This document shows positions 1 to 12,462 of a DNA stretch of 64,000 nucleotides, piece after piece. Positions within the stretch are counted from its first letter, which is position 1; each line of letters begins with the position of its first letter. This stretch comes from Eledone cirrhosa (lineage: Eukaryota). Made by a program: the position numbers and the translations under genes. The stretch is from NCBI GenBank assembly GCA_964016885.1, contig OZ024740.1:246884001-246948000 (forward strand), read 5' to 3'. The notes under the pieces were generated by a model. That model was given only the letters and a program-made list of their open reading frames with translations. It was not told the origin of the DNA and ran no database searches.

Positions 1-619
1 GTATTTTTGCATTAGTATTCTTGTATTAGTATTTATGTATTAGTATTCTGAATTAATATTTCGTATTAGTTTTTTAGTATGTTTGTCCTCAACTTATTAA
101 CCTGTCATTGTAAGATAGCATTGGCTGATTACTACTAACTATAGCAGTGGTGTTAGACCCCCTGTAAAGATGGCTTTATAAAATTATTTCACTACAATCT
201 CGTATTTAGGATTCTTCACCACCTATTAAACTTTTCTATAGCTTAGCAATACCAATGAGAGATTTGGTGATTGTGAGGATGGAGTAGGGACCAGAAATTG
301 TTTTTTATATTTTTTATATATTTATTTCCTCATTTTTATAATGGCTTTTTTGTTTACTCCATTTCGATTTACCTATTTTTTCACCACACCCCTCCCTTTC
401 TCCAGTACACTTTTTTCGACCATCTATACACTATCCTTAGAATCTGCTGTATAGATTTCACTTTCAACGCTTGACTGGGTTTCCCCCACTCCCTCTTTGT
501 TCTACCGGCAAGTTCAGCTACCCCTACCTTCCACTAAATGCCATGATAGAATCATATGTCTTTACAACAAATTTTTGACCAATCCTTTTGACAATTACTA
601 TCTTCCCATATATGGAATT

Positions 620-713
620 ACCCCTGAGAAGTTCGGCTATTTATTTACCAGGCTAAAAATTCTTATTTAGTCCAGAATTAGCCGTCGAAACGGCTTGAGC
701 TCTGCCGTCGGGT
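620..713 (+). ncRNA. Type I hammerhead ribozyme-like motif (degenerate core) in a PLE pLTR-like repeat
   Basis: ACCC-CTGAGAA-..CGGCTA/TAGCCG..-GAAAC-GGC(TTGAGCTCT)GCC-GTC-GGGT. Stems I, II and III pair, but the core CTGAGAA deviates from CUGANGA. Related sequence at 11511-11693 and ~20470-20580. Confidence 0.6.
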
Positions 714-805
714 TCATACTTGTTCCTATTACCCACTCTACTACACTAAGTATTGAGTACTTTGGTGCGTTATGGTCCATCTGGTTCTTTACCACATTTC
801 CTTCG

Positions 806-854
<49 letters not shown>

Positions 855-2117
855 TTATATGCACTACACCGCTCAATAGGTAATTTAAGCATGAATTGAT
901 TGTCTTGTTGGTGCTGTGCGGAGGAAGTGCCATCGTTGGACAAATGAAAAACGAATTAATCTAGTAACGCTGATGAGCAGTATGACCGGTACGCTGAGTG
1001 CAGGGAATGAATGTATTGCAGGTGGCGTATGGGTTGTACATATATGGATGATTTGATGGTCAAATTGGAGTCATGAGGACTGTGGATTGACCTCTGGTCG
1101 GCCCTGGTGATGATTATCTTTCGACATCCAATGTAGCAAGCGATGACCCAGAACTTACCAGAGATCATTGTGTGTTGAAGTGATTCTGCAATCACCGCGC
1201 CTGGTGCTTTGAGTAGACTGCAACCACAGAGATCATTAATTTAGAATCCTCGCTCGTCGTCTATAATATTCATTTGTGGCACTCTACGATGGGGGTTAAT
1301 CACCATAATAAGAACACCTTCAGCACAACTTAATAGACTACTCTATAGTTAAAACACTTTAAATTTTGGAAATTTTTTAGAAATTGCGCATAACCATATA
1401 AGTTAGGGTCTATTTTGAGACACATTTTAATAGTTAGTAATAGAAACCTCGGAGTTACCTCCCCTCATGCATTAACTCCCCTTAGCGACACACACACTTC
1501 CGGGTAGTATTTCGATGTCGATTCTCGAAACGTAACATCTTCCTGTATTGAACTAAAGAACATCAGACTACGATTCTCTAACTGGATTGTCAAACGCTCA
1601 ATATCGAATCGTCGTGGATTATGTGAGGGGCATATAATCTGAAAAATACGATCCCCAGACTATGAAAATGTCGAAGTGCATGAAGTCCATATCATCGCTT
1701 CGCTGCGCATTTCCAATATTTTTAAATATTTCTAATGCTCACACTATTTTTAATGCTTATATTATTTCTCCACACACAGACTATAACAATCATATAAAGA
1801 ATTTGTCACCAGATCAACCAACCTAACACTCTTGTTTACCTGCTTAAGTGCTTCTACTACACGTAACTCTCTGCCACACTATATAAACAAGACGCACGTG
1901 CTTGCCACACATATAACCTTTGCACTATATAACCGCTTATTTTCATGTTGTATTTTAGCCTGTATTTTTGATTGTATCTATTAATATGAATGTAATCTCT
2001 AAGTGTGTACTGCCACTCTAAATGCTGTAATGAATGTTGACCCACAATATTTGCATATGTATCTGTATGTCTCTTGGGTGAAAAGGAGGTCATATAAGTG
2101 TTCATTCAATAATAAAT

Positions 2118-2164
2118 TGCTCCGAAGAATCCAAACCTCGGTTTGGAGGAAACAGTTGTAAGCA
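2118..2164 (+). ncRNA. Minimal type I hammerhead ribozyme (C4 core variant)
   Basis: TGCT-CCGAAGA-a-TCCAAAC(ctcg)GTTTGGA-g-GAAAC-agtt-GTA-AGCA. Confidence 0.7.
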
Positions 2165-2472
2165 TAAAAATGTTTTGAACAGTTCTTTGATTCTTATAAT
2201 TCACATAACTGCTCTGTAAATCATCTGATGTTTTTACATTGAGCTACTTAACTTACTGGTAATAAGGTAGTAATATATTACTGCCTACCACTATTTAGGG
2301 TTTGTATAAAAATATATATAACTGCAAAAGGTTTTTGTATTTACATAACCATAAATAGTATAATTAATAATATATATATATATATATATATATACGTAGG
2401 TCCCGGGTTGAGTCGGGGATAACCACAGTAAGTAAGGTACTCAATACATGGCAGAGTAAAATTTTTTTATTT

Positions 2473-2586
2473 TATAGAAGGAGCTTCTACAGGACTAGTA
2501 CTGTTTCATTCAGATGAAATTTTCAGGAAGCACCGCTTCCTGAAGATTTCATCTGAATGAAACAGTACTAGTCCTGTAGAAGCTCC

Positions 2587-2593
<7 letters not shown>
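2473..2593. repeat. Fold-back palindrome (~59-bp arms) of a pLTR fragment carrying an HHR-like core
   Basis: Arms 2473-2531 and 2535-2593. The right arm has CTGAAGA-TTCA(tc)TGAA-GAAAC-agtacta-GTC. The element (from ~2395) is flanked by (TA)n. Confidence 0.8.
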
Positions 2594-2626
<33 letters not shown>

Positions 2627-2996
2627 TTATTATTTTATTTTTTTATTTTATTATTTTTATTTTTATTTTTCTATTTTTTCTATTTGCTTACTTATTTATT
2701 TATTTATTTATTATTTATTTATTATTTATTTATTTATTTATATGTGTGTATGTATGCTTTCATATATGTGTATGGACATATGTGTATGGTTACATGGTTT
2801 ATATTTGTGCATGTATAACAGGATGCATCCTTCCATGGATGACCCTGTATGAGCTTTTGTGCAGATTTATATGACTGTGAGTATATCACATTGGGGTAAG
2901 GACAGAGATATATACATGCGTGCGTGTATCTTCTTTGTGGATGTACGTGGACACGGAGCTAATTGAGCGCGTATTTGTTGGAATGTATATGAGCCA

Positions 2997-3065
<69 letters not shown>

Positions 3066-3961
3066 TGTGTGTGTGTGTGTGCATGTGTGTGTATGTGCAC
3101 CTATATAGGGCAAGGTTTGTTTGTATGTTTATGTGCGTGTACATATACATATGCGTAGATATATATACATGTATGTGTGTTTGTGTGTTTGTGTCTTTGG
3201 AAGCGTGTCTGTCCCTGTGCCTATCAATAAGGACAGGCGTGTATGTGTGCATGTGTCTATGTATATGTCTGTGCGTGTTTGTGTATATGTGCAGATGTAC
3301 GCGAACGCTGATATGTGTCCTTGTATGCGTGTACGTGTGTGCGTGCGTGTGTGCGCGTGTGCGTGCGTGTGAGACTGGATGTATGGGGGTATATAGCCAG
3401 GCGCCTGTGGACGTGTGTGTTGGTATGTATATGGTTTTGTGGGTGTGTGTAAGAGAGGGAGTGTGTGTGTGTATATGTATATGGGTGTTTATGTCTACAC
3501 ATGTGTACGTACATATGTGTATGCATATATATGTATGTGTCTGCGTGTGTGTGTATGTGTATGTGTATTTATATGTGTGTGTGTATGTGTGGGTATATAC
3601 ATGTTAGTGTGAGCGGACTTGTGAGATACCAAACCCAGCATGAGTCCATTGAAGTGTGTCGGACGGAGAGTAGCTGATGACCAGTGTGGCAACAAATACT
3701 GACCAGAATTTATGATGACGTAGGAAAACAACAGCCAATGGCAAGACAAGAGTGGAAGATGTTTTTCGAAGCTAACACGCCAGTGAGAAAATTTGTTTCA
3801 AAAGCATTGCATGTGTCCGAAGAACCCGCAGTTACAGAATCAGGCAGATCCATACAGTGATCGTGTCTCGAGCTATCTGCCGGCGAAACAATTGTAACAC
3901 GCAATAAACTGAGTCTAGATGCATCACTGATTTTTCGTTTTTATATATTATATATATATAT

Positions 3962-4152
3962 AATTGTTTCTACTTTTGGCACAAGGCCAGCAATTATCCC
4001 AGTGTATTACTGGTACTTTATTTTATCGACCCTGTAAGGATGAAAGGCAAAGTTAACATCGGCCGGATTTGAACTCAGTTCATAAAGGGAGGTAACTCTA
4101 TGCTTCAAAGCATGGTGTCCGACCCTCTACCGATACTGTCAATCCACCACCC
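3962..4152 (-). mobile_element. tRNA-derived SINE (family A)
   Basis: B-box-like GAGTTCAAATCC, core CCTTTCATCCTTAC.GGGTCGATAAAATAAAGTACCAG, 3' end GTAGAAACAATT; many copies in the window. Confidence 0.9.
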
Positions 4153-4529
4153 TTGATTGCTTCATCTTTGCAGATGATTGCCGTGTCCCTATGCGCCTCC
4201 ATCGACTGTCACCTACTCCAAACGTCCGTTCCTGTCCTCTTAGCTGGCTTTTAAGTCCAGCATTAGATTTTCACGGTCTGCAGCAAATGTGGCAGACAAA
4301 AGATCTGCCCTCTATTGGATTGTTTGAGTCAGTTTGTGGGATGTTATCCTTATGTACCCTCATATGGCTTTTAAGCCCAGAGATTGATTTTCAGATCTTT
4401 TTGCGCACCTCACATGTGTCACCTAGCATTGGAGGGATACAGCTGCATACAATTGTTCTTTATGTGATTTTAAATGAGTGATGTACCCAGATTTAGAAAG
4501 CTGTAGACGACTACACACCTCACAAATCC

Positions 4530-6400
4530 AGCTATTTATATCCTTATTGAGGTGGCCTTTTCGAAGCTAACGTTTAAGTGTTTCATGGGTTTTCATGGTC
4601 AAGACGTCTCTCTTCAAACATTCTGCAGCCTTCCTTCACATGTCCTCTCCATTCACCCCTCTTTAAAGCAAGCCCTTCCCAGTTCTGAACTTTAAACTGT
4701 AGATCTTTAAGGTTGTTTTCATGCAATCTTTATATATTTTTCTTGGTTTGTGCTGGGGGCGTTTCCCAGTGTGCAATTCATTGTAAAATACTTATTTTGG
4801 GAGTCTTTCCTCATTCATGTGCACACCATATAGAATATGATGGTAGATTCAATACTCGTGCAACCAGCATCTATAAGGATTTGAGTGTCAGGTAATTTTT
4901 GTTGCCATTTGATGTTTAGGATTCGTTTTAAACACTTTTGATGAAAGTGTTCAAGCAAATTAAGGTGTCTACGATGTACTGTCCAAGTTTCCGAAGTGTA
5001 CAACAAAGCTCTCAGAATGCAGGCAATGTACACATTAATCTTGGTCTTGATACTGATGCCATGATCCGCCCACACTCTCTTTTCAAGTTTTCCGAAGGCT
5101 ACAGAGGCCTCTTGATTGCGCAGGTGTATTTCTGCATCCAGTGAACCATCCCTCAACAACGCACTACCCAGGTAAACAAAAGTGTCAACAACACCCAACC
5201 TAGTTCCACGCACCATTATATTTGACTCAATATATGCTTCCCCTGGTGATGGGGTGAACATTACTTTAGTCTTTTTTAGATTAATTTTCATGCCAAAAGC
5301 ATTACAGAAGCTGCAAAACAATCCATGATGTGTTGCAATGTCATCTTGAGAGTGAGCCAGAAAGTCAACATCGTCTGTATACAGGAGTTCTCTAATTAGT
5401 ATTTGGAACAGCTTGGACTTGAAATTGAACCTTCTTAGATCAAAATTCTTTCTGTAGTTCTAATTTGCAATAGACACCCTTTGCACAGTCCTGGAATGCA
5501 TGAGTCAGCATCACAGCAAAATATATTGAAAACAGTGTGGGAGCCGGGATATTTCCCTGCTTCATGCCATTATCAACTTGGATTTCATTGGACAATTCTC
5601 CATTCAAGACAACCCGAGCCTTCATATTTCTGTGCAGTCGGACGAACATATCAATAAACTTTTGTAAGGCACCCTATTTTCCCTAGTACTTTCCACCGTG
5701 CACCCCTGTTCACCGAATCAAAGGCCTTTGTCAGATCAACAAAAACCTAATTCAGAGGAACCCGCTGCTCAATACATTTCTCTTGTATCGGCCTTGCAGA
5801 GAAGATCATATCAATCGTCCCTCTGCCAGATCTAAATCCACTTTGTGATTCAGGAATTACTGTAGGTCAAATGTCCTCCATCAACCTGCTCAACATTCAT
5901 CTAGTAAGAACTTTGCCCACAGACTCCAACAGAGTGATGCCACGGTACTGATCGTAAATTCCTTCATCTCCTTTACCTTCAAACAAGGTCACCAGGATAC
6001 CATCTATCCAATCTTGTGGTATAGGAGCTCCAGTCCAGCACTCTCTGATGAGGTGGAATATTGTTTGTGTTATGTTCTTATTACCAACCTTTAACAATTC
6101 CACTAGGAGTTCATCTGATCCAAGTGCCTTATCCGTGTTTATCTGGTTGATGGTCATTTTAACTTCATTATAATCTGGTAATCAATCAACACATTGGGGG
6201 ATGCCATCTAGCACATCATGATCAACAGCTGATGGATTTTCCAATAAATCAGTGAAATATTCTTCTCTGCGCTTAAGGATTTTCTCAGATTCCTTGATGA
6301 TGACAGTATCGTCTTTGGACCTTATAGGAACAATAGACGAAGTTGTTGGACCATATACTGCACGCAAAAGACTATAAAACAGTTTTGAATCCTTTTAATA
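4530..6400 (-). pseudogene. RTE-clade LINE reverse transcriptase fragment, 5'-truncated and disrupted
   Basis: ORF pieces IPQDWIDG..KG..YRGITLL, GMKQG..APTLFSIYF, FGMKINLKKTKVM, FVYLGS, LLYTSETW; stops and frameshifts. Confidence 0.9.
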
Positions 6401-6918
6401 CCCCGTCCATTATCACACGCGCTTGTACATTCACTCCTAGATTACTTTCGCTCCCTCATGATCATAAGCATCTTCTCTTACAACTAATACAGACCGACTA
6501 TATATGCACACTCCACTTTTGCCTTCACTGCTCTGTATACACACATACATACCCTTATATTAACATACTTTTGGTCATACCTTCGTACTTACATGCACAC
6601 ACACTCTTTTACTTAGATATACACACATATTTCTTCTTAGCTTCGTACGGACGTACAATAACACACACACACACACACGCGCGCACATACATGCTTACGC
6701 ACGTGCACAAGTATAGCTCTTTTACATAACGGTATTTTTTTCCATTTCAGGTAGACGCGCTCCATTATCCACTTTTCTAAAAAATATCACACACAAAACG
6801 CCAGCATCAACAGTTTTCCAAGAGATGTCAACATGAATAGTCTTGTTATTTTTATCTAAATACATTTTTTCCAATTCCAACCCGCCCGTCCTCTCAATCC
6901 ATCTTATTTCTCTATCTT

Positions 6919-6954
6919 TCTTCTGATGAAGGACCAGCGTCCGAAACGTTAAGA
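6919..6954 (+). ncRNA. Minimal type I hammerhead ribozyme
   Basis: TCTT-CTGATGA-a-GGAC(cagc)GTCC-GAAACGTT-AAGA; palindromic AACGTT in place of stem III. Confidence 0.8.
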
Positions 6955-7054
6955 CCCTCTTCCAGCTATTTCAAGCTTTAACCTAATATACCCCTTCCAT
7001 ATACTGTACCGATTGTGTTGTTATTTCTGATTACCTTTTATCTACATATGTATG

Positions 7055-7141
<87 letters not shown>

Positions 7142-7180
7142 GATATTAGTAAATGGAAACTATATTTATAAAACTATATT

Positions 7181-7245
7181 TATTTCATTATACATATTTC
7201 AGGGATACCAAATTAAATTATGGTATGCCTTCATCAGACAAAATA
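7181..7245 (-). ncRNA. Type I hammerhead ribozyme
   Basis: Reverse complement TATTTTGT-CTGATGA-AGGcATACCA..TGGTATcCCT-GAAAT-atgt-ATA-ATGAAATA, in a ~185-bp insert between (TA)n tracts. Confidence 0.75.
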
Positions 7246-7324
7246 CAATATATAACAGTTTTACAAATAAGCTTTGACGTACCCTATTAAAATGCAACCA
7301 TTGTTTTTGGAAGCCACCCGGACA

Positions 7325-7442
<118 letters not shown>

Positions 7443-8226
7443 ATACTTACACTTATATATATATAAAGCTAAATTTAGGTTTTTCAATGCATATATGTAT
7501 ATCGATAACGTTTCTCGGTAGAAAGCTCAATAACCTTCAGTTCAGAGCATCTATAATAAGTGTACAAACGATATATAACAGGAAATATCAATTGAAAAAC
7601 TAGTATTTTGTATATAGAACAACTAATATGTACATTTAGATACATACTCTCAGATTTTAATTGGTCTATACTCGCATAGACACACCTGTTTCTGGAAATC
7701 ATGAAAAAGTATGTAATCTTTCATTCACACTAATTAGTATCGATCGCCAATTATCGATTTTGGTAAAAATCTTAAGATCATGATCGCCTTCATTTGTATG
7801 GTTATGTCTTTGCTATATATATCTCATACTGTATTAAAATATTAGTCATCGACCTTTGGAAGAATGTTTTAAATATTTTCCACATGATCTAAAGATAACG
7901 TTTAACAGAAGGGTAGATAAAACAGGACAGGCCTTAAGGATTGCTAGAAAGAGCTCCAGGCGAGTCCTTTTTAGACAATTCAAACTAATTTATACAAATT
8001 AGAAGTAGAAATAAACTAATTTTAGGTTTAATCAATACATATAAAATGTTTATCGATAATGTTTCTCGGTCAAAAGCAGAATAAACTTCAATTCAGAGAA
8101 TCTTTAATATAAGACCTTTTAACATTTAGAAGTATGTTTTTAAATTTACATGATATTTGTTCTGTATATATGTCCAAAATAATACTTTGTTTTCAACATA
8201 TATATATATATATACATATATATATG

Positions 8227-8256
8227 CTAGCAGAAGTATCCGGCGTTTCCCGGGTT
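8227..8256 (-). mobile_element. Helitron 3' terminus (hairpin + CTAG)
   Basis: CTAGCAGAAGTATCCGGCGTTTCCCGGGT; near-identical to the terminus at 54760. Confidence 0.65.
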
Positions 8257-8934
8257 AAAGAAAATAATGAAATTTTATTCAAAACTTGATATATTTTCTT
8301 AATAATTATTGTGATTCTGATATAATTGCCGTAACAAATTCTGTGAGATCAACAACAATAATAAATTTGAAATAGAAAACCCATAAAAGTAAATTATGAT
8401 AGAGATTCGGCAAATTTTTAGAACACCCCCTTGAATTTTGTTGGAAATGATTATTTTTCCTCGGTTTGTTCGTGAGATATCAATTAATCTCATCTCCGAC
8501 AAAACAGAAGAGATGGCGGACCAACCCCAACCCTAACCTTAAACGAACTAAAGATGGATATTTTTCGGAAAGGGGGCAGCTACAGTAAAATTTCAACAGC
8601 TACGTGGTAGCTCAACATGCTAGAAATAGCAGCCAAATTTTTCATTGCGTGATTGTGTTTGCGTGATTTGGAAGTCAAATCCGTTTTCACGTAATTTGGA
8701 GGCCAGCTCCATTGCCTTAGCTTTATGAGACTTGCTTCCAAATGAAGGTCGATTCACTGAAAATTTGATTTGACCGTTATTGGAGTATGTATGTGTCATC
8801 ACACACAGACACACTCTCTCTCTCAGACTTTCACTCTCTCTCCATATATATACAGTCGATCGACTTTCGTCAAATCTGACCGAGGAAACAATATTTCCAT
8901 TTGTCTTTCCAATCGGTCGCAACTCCAGGTAGAA

Positions 8935-9056
8935 GGAGCAACGTGAAATAAAGTGTCTTGCTCAAGGACATAATGCGTCGCCCGGTCCGGGAATCGAATT
9001 CACAACCTCACGATTGTGAACCCAAATCTCTAACTACTCAGCCACGGGCCTTCACT
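8935..9056 (-). mobile_element. tRNA-derived SINE (family B) fragment
   Basis: tRNA-like head GTGAAGGC..GGCT.AGT.GTTA, B-box-like TTCGATTCC, core TCCTTGAGCAAGACACTTTATTTCAC; longer copy at 46551-46803. Confidence 0.8.
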
Positions 9057-9127
9057 ATATATATATGTGTGTGTGTGTGCGTGCGTGTGTGTGTGTATAT
9101 ATATTTATATATATATTTATATATATC

Positions 9128-9790
9128 TATCTCTCTAGTATGTTATCTTTTCAACATATTGTATTTTAAAGAGCGCAGGATTCCTTTTCCTTTGAGCACA
9201 TTATTGACAGGGAATAGCGAGAGTCTATGGCTCCGTTAATTTATCGTGATATTTTGCTCCTTATAAGTCTTTCCTCTCACTCTGTTTGGTTGAGCACACT
9301 TCTCTGAGTAGTTTTGGGCTGCCCTTTCTAGCAGCTCGTCCCTCAGACACCACTGGTTCACTGCTCTAAACACGTTGTGACATCTCTCTCTCCCACGTGT
9401 AGCTGGGCGGTCGCTTTAAATTCTCTTACAGTTGTCTGAAATGCCTGGCCTTGCACATGCTGATGAACCATGGGCTATTGCATTTCAGTCAACAACTTCT
9501 TGGCGAAACAGATCTCTTTGGATTTGTACGTGTGTGTTATATATTTATAGAGGTACGTATACACATTTGAATTTATATTTTTAATTATTGTGTGTCTACC
9601 CTTTCATAGGCTATAGATTCCATACACTGGTGGTTTTCCCCTGTTTTATTGATGGCACACTATCTCTCTCTAGTGTGTTACCTTTTCAACATATTGTATT
9701 TTAAAGAGCTCAGGATTCCTTTTCCTTTGAGCACATTATTAACAGGGAATAGCGAGAGTCTATGGCTCCATTAATTTCTCGTGATATTTT
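9128..9790 (+). mobile_element. Non-coding partial-tandem element (535-bp period) with central HHR; retrozyme-like
   Basis: Direct repeats 9128-9255 and ~9663-9790, HHR at 9453-9535, (TA)n flanks, no coding ORF. Confidence 0.7.
9453..9535 (+). ncRNA. Type I hammerhead ribozyme
   Basis: GCACATG-CTGATGA-aCCA...TGGc-GAAAC-AGATCT(cttt)GGATTT-GTA-CGTGTGT; all three stems pair with G-U wobbles. Confidence 0.8.
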
Positions 9791-9982
9791 TATATATATT
9801 TATATATATATATATATATTGTTATACTTTGGGAGGGTCATGTTGCCAATAAGAAACACACGCACCAGTTGCTTTCACTTCAATTTATTATATATCTATA
9901 AATTTATAAATTTACAAATCTACAAACTTATAAATTTCTGGTTGGTTGGTTGGTTCCACAACCAGATAGTTGTTTATATATA

Positions 9983-10025
9983 GTCATAGTCCTTTCGTCA
10001 CACACTCTGTGACCTCTTCAGTGAC
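9983..10025 (-). ncRNA. Minimal type I hammerhead ribozyme (inverted pLTR copy)
   Basis: Reverse complement of 10952-10994. Confidence 0.8.
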
Positions 10026-10194
10026 TGGGGATTCCTTTCTTCGTTTCTGTGCCTTTCCTTTCTTCTGTCCTACGCCATTTTGTTTCTGTGTGTGTGTTGT
10101 GTGCTCAGTTTGCGCATGCGCCACATCCGGGTGTCTGTGTGTGTTTGTGTTCATTTGTTTATTTATTTATTTATTGTTGGTTGGTTGTTTGTAA

Positions 10195-10742
10195 ATACCA
10201 GAGTGTAATGTTCATCAATACAACCTCTAGAGGCGAACTAGCCTTCAAATTTAGAAGGGCCCTAAATAAACATAAACTCAATATTAAGATAGTAGAAAGA
10301 CCAGGTACCTCCGTAAAAAACACTTATTAGCAAGACATACCCGTTCCAAAGACCCTCATGTATAGATAAGAAATGTATAACCTGTAAAATAAGCCCCCAT
10401 ATTAACTGTAAAACTAGAAATGTAGTGTATAGCATAAGATGTACTGAAGGACAATGTAGAAACAAAAATATAGTGTACATAGGTGAGACAGCTCGTAGTA
10501 TAGGGGAACGAATAAATGAACACTGGCGAGACCTTCAAGATAATAAAGAATCATCTGTGCTCTACCAACATGCTAAGATAGAACACAGGGGTAAATTAGA
10601 GAACATAGAAATAAAAATAGAATCCACACACAGAAAAGATGCAATGTTTAGGCAAATTACAGAGGCAGTAAGCATAAAAGAATTACAACCAAAATTAAAT
10701 AGAAAATATGAGTGGAACAGCAACATCACAACTTACAATTAA
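10195..10742 (+). pseudogene. GIY-YIG endonuclease domain of a PLE (Cys-rich linker, Neptune/Nematis-like)
   Basis: VVYSIRC/YIGETARSIGERINEH/EAVSIKELQPKLN motifs; frameshift near 10325. Confidence 0.88.
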
Positions 10743-10951
10743 GGACAAAATGAAAACACACACACACATAGAACAAACAACCAACCAACAATAAATAAAT
10801 AAATAAATAAACAAATAGATAAATGAACACAAACACACACAGACACCCGGATGTGGCGCATGCGCAAACTGAGCACACAACACACACACAGAAACAAAAT
10901 AGCGTAGGACAGAAGAAAGGAAAGGCACAGAAACAAAGAAAGGAATCCCCA

Positions 10952-10994
10952 GTCACTGAAGAGGTCACAGAGTGTGTGACGAAAGGACTATGAC
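10952..10994 (+). ncRNA. Minimal type I hammerhead ribozyme
   Basis: GTCA-CTGAAGA-g-GTCACA(gagtg)TGTGAC-GAAAG-ga-CTA-TGAC. Confidence 0.8.
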
Positions 10995-11510
10995 ATTTTC
11001 CCGCCACACTTATATGTATATGTATAATGCATATAGTTATTTTTCTGGTTCTTTGTGTGTGTGCATGTGTTTAACCGGCAGCGTAGCAATGAGTAATGAC
11101 CTAGTTATAATTAAAAAAAGAATGGTCTTCCCATTGTTTTTTGTTTATGATATTGTATTCTTCGACTAATAAAGTCTTTCCTGCTACATTTTCTCTATGA
11201 GAATATACAGTATGTATTCCTGATTAATTAAATCAAATAAGTTTGTTTAACTGAGCTCACTATGAAATCATTTTTCTCACTTCGAAGTGATATGTACTAA
11301 TTTTGAAATCAATATTCTCACTTTGAACTGATATATCTTCACTGCCGGAAACAATATAAGAATTAAAATGAAATATAAATTTAAGATTGCTAAAACCTGT
11401 ATTTTTCTGACATATAAAGTACATAACTTGTTATCGCACCCCCAGACTTACGTCTAATCGGTACGCTATAACTTATTATATTCTATTTTATTCTTATTAT
11501 ATTCTATTTT

Positions 11511-11690
11511 GGAACCAGGTGGACCATAACGCACCAAAGTACTCAATACTTAGGGTAGTAGAGTGGGTAATAGGAACGAGTAGGACCCCGATGGCTGAGC
11601 TCAAGCCGTTTCGACGGCTAATTCTGGACTAATTTGTCCAGAATTAACCGTCGAAACGGCTTGAGCTCAGCCGTCGGGGTCCTACTCGTT

Positions 11691-11693
<3 letters not shown>
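11511..11693. repeat. Inverted pLTR fragment forming a ~60-bp-arm palindrome (family of 620-790)
   Basis: Arms ~11570-11630 and ~11635-11695, carrying the GAAAC-GGC..GCC-GTC half of the HHR. Confidence 0.75.
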
Positions 11694-11756
<63 letters not shown>

Positions 11757-11800
11757 TGAAAAAGAACAAAGGAACTATTATGACATTATAACGAGTTTAT

Positions 11801-11847
11801 TGCCGACAGCCGTTTCGTCCAACCATATGGTGGGACTTTTCAAGGCA
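11801..11847 (-). ncRNA. Hammerhead ribozyme, U3-A8 variant (inverted pLTR copy)
   Basis: Reverse complement of 12207-12253 with one loop difference. Confidence 0.8.
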
Positions 11848-12206
11848 TATAACATGTGATTGTAAGATCATTATTTACATCAACGTATCATTCAAGGCTA
11901 GTAGTTTGAAATTGTGGTATACATCAGCAGCTCCGCTTGTATAGTTGGGGTCTATATTCTAAGGGGGCTCTTTTATATTAGTTGTCGGAGTCAGGGATTG
12001 AAGGGTAAAAATTAGATAATATATAATTTATATATTATCTAATTTTTAACCTTCAATCCCTGACCCCGACAACTAATATAAAAGAGCCCCCTTAGAATAT
12101 AGACCCCAACTATACAAGCGGAGCTGCTGATGTATACCACAATTTCAAACTGCTAGCCTTGAGTGATACGTTGATGTAAATAATGATCTTACAATCACAT
12201 GTTATA

Positions 12207-12253
12207 TGCCTTGAAAAGTCCCACCATATGGTCGGACGAAACGGCTGTCGGCA
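12207..12253 (+). ncRNA. Hammerhead ribozyme, U3-A8 variant
   Basis: TGCC-TTGAAAA-GTCC(caccatatggtc)GGAC-GAAAC-ggct-GTC-GGCA, overlapping a downstream AATAAA. Confidence 0.85.
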
Positions 12254-12462
12254 ATAAACTCGTTATAATGTCATAATAGTTCCTTTGTTCTTTTTCACTA
12301 ATATTTCTGCTCTGCGTATACGCATAGAGCTTAACTAGCTACCGTCACATATTTGGTAGGTCAGACGTGATCATCGCGATTCACATACGACCTACCATAC
12401 ATCTTGCTTATTTAGCTCCCTCGGTAGAGCTTAACCTTCACTGAAAAACACACCGCCCTGGG

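Larger units (their letters stand above)
9821..10995 (+). mobile_element. 5'-truncated Penelope-like element: inverted pLTR + GIY-YIG remnant + pLTR
   Basis: ~9983-10190 is the reverse complement of ~10775-10994. 10195-10742 encodes CKTRNVVYSIRC..VYIGETARS..R..EH..LNRKYEW. Confidence 0.9.

Noticed and set aside
956-1195. Peptide KSSIYVQPIRHLQYIH resembling a PLE RT thumb, and CTGATGA at ~970
   Set aside because: Too degenerate to support, and no HHR fold
2867-3749. ORFs of (CV)n, (HT)n and (YI)n composition here and at 7056-7603, 19161-20224, 45054-45356 and 48368-48638
   Set aside because: Translations of dinucleotide microsatellites, not genes
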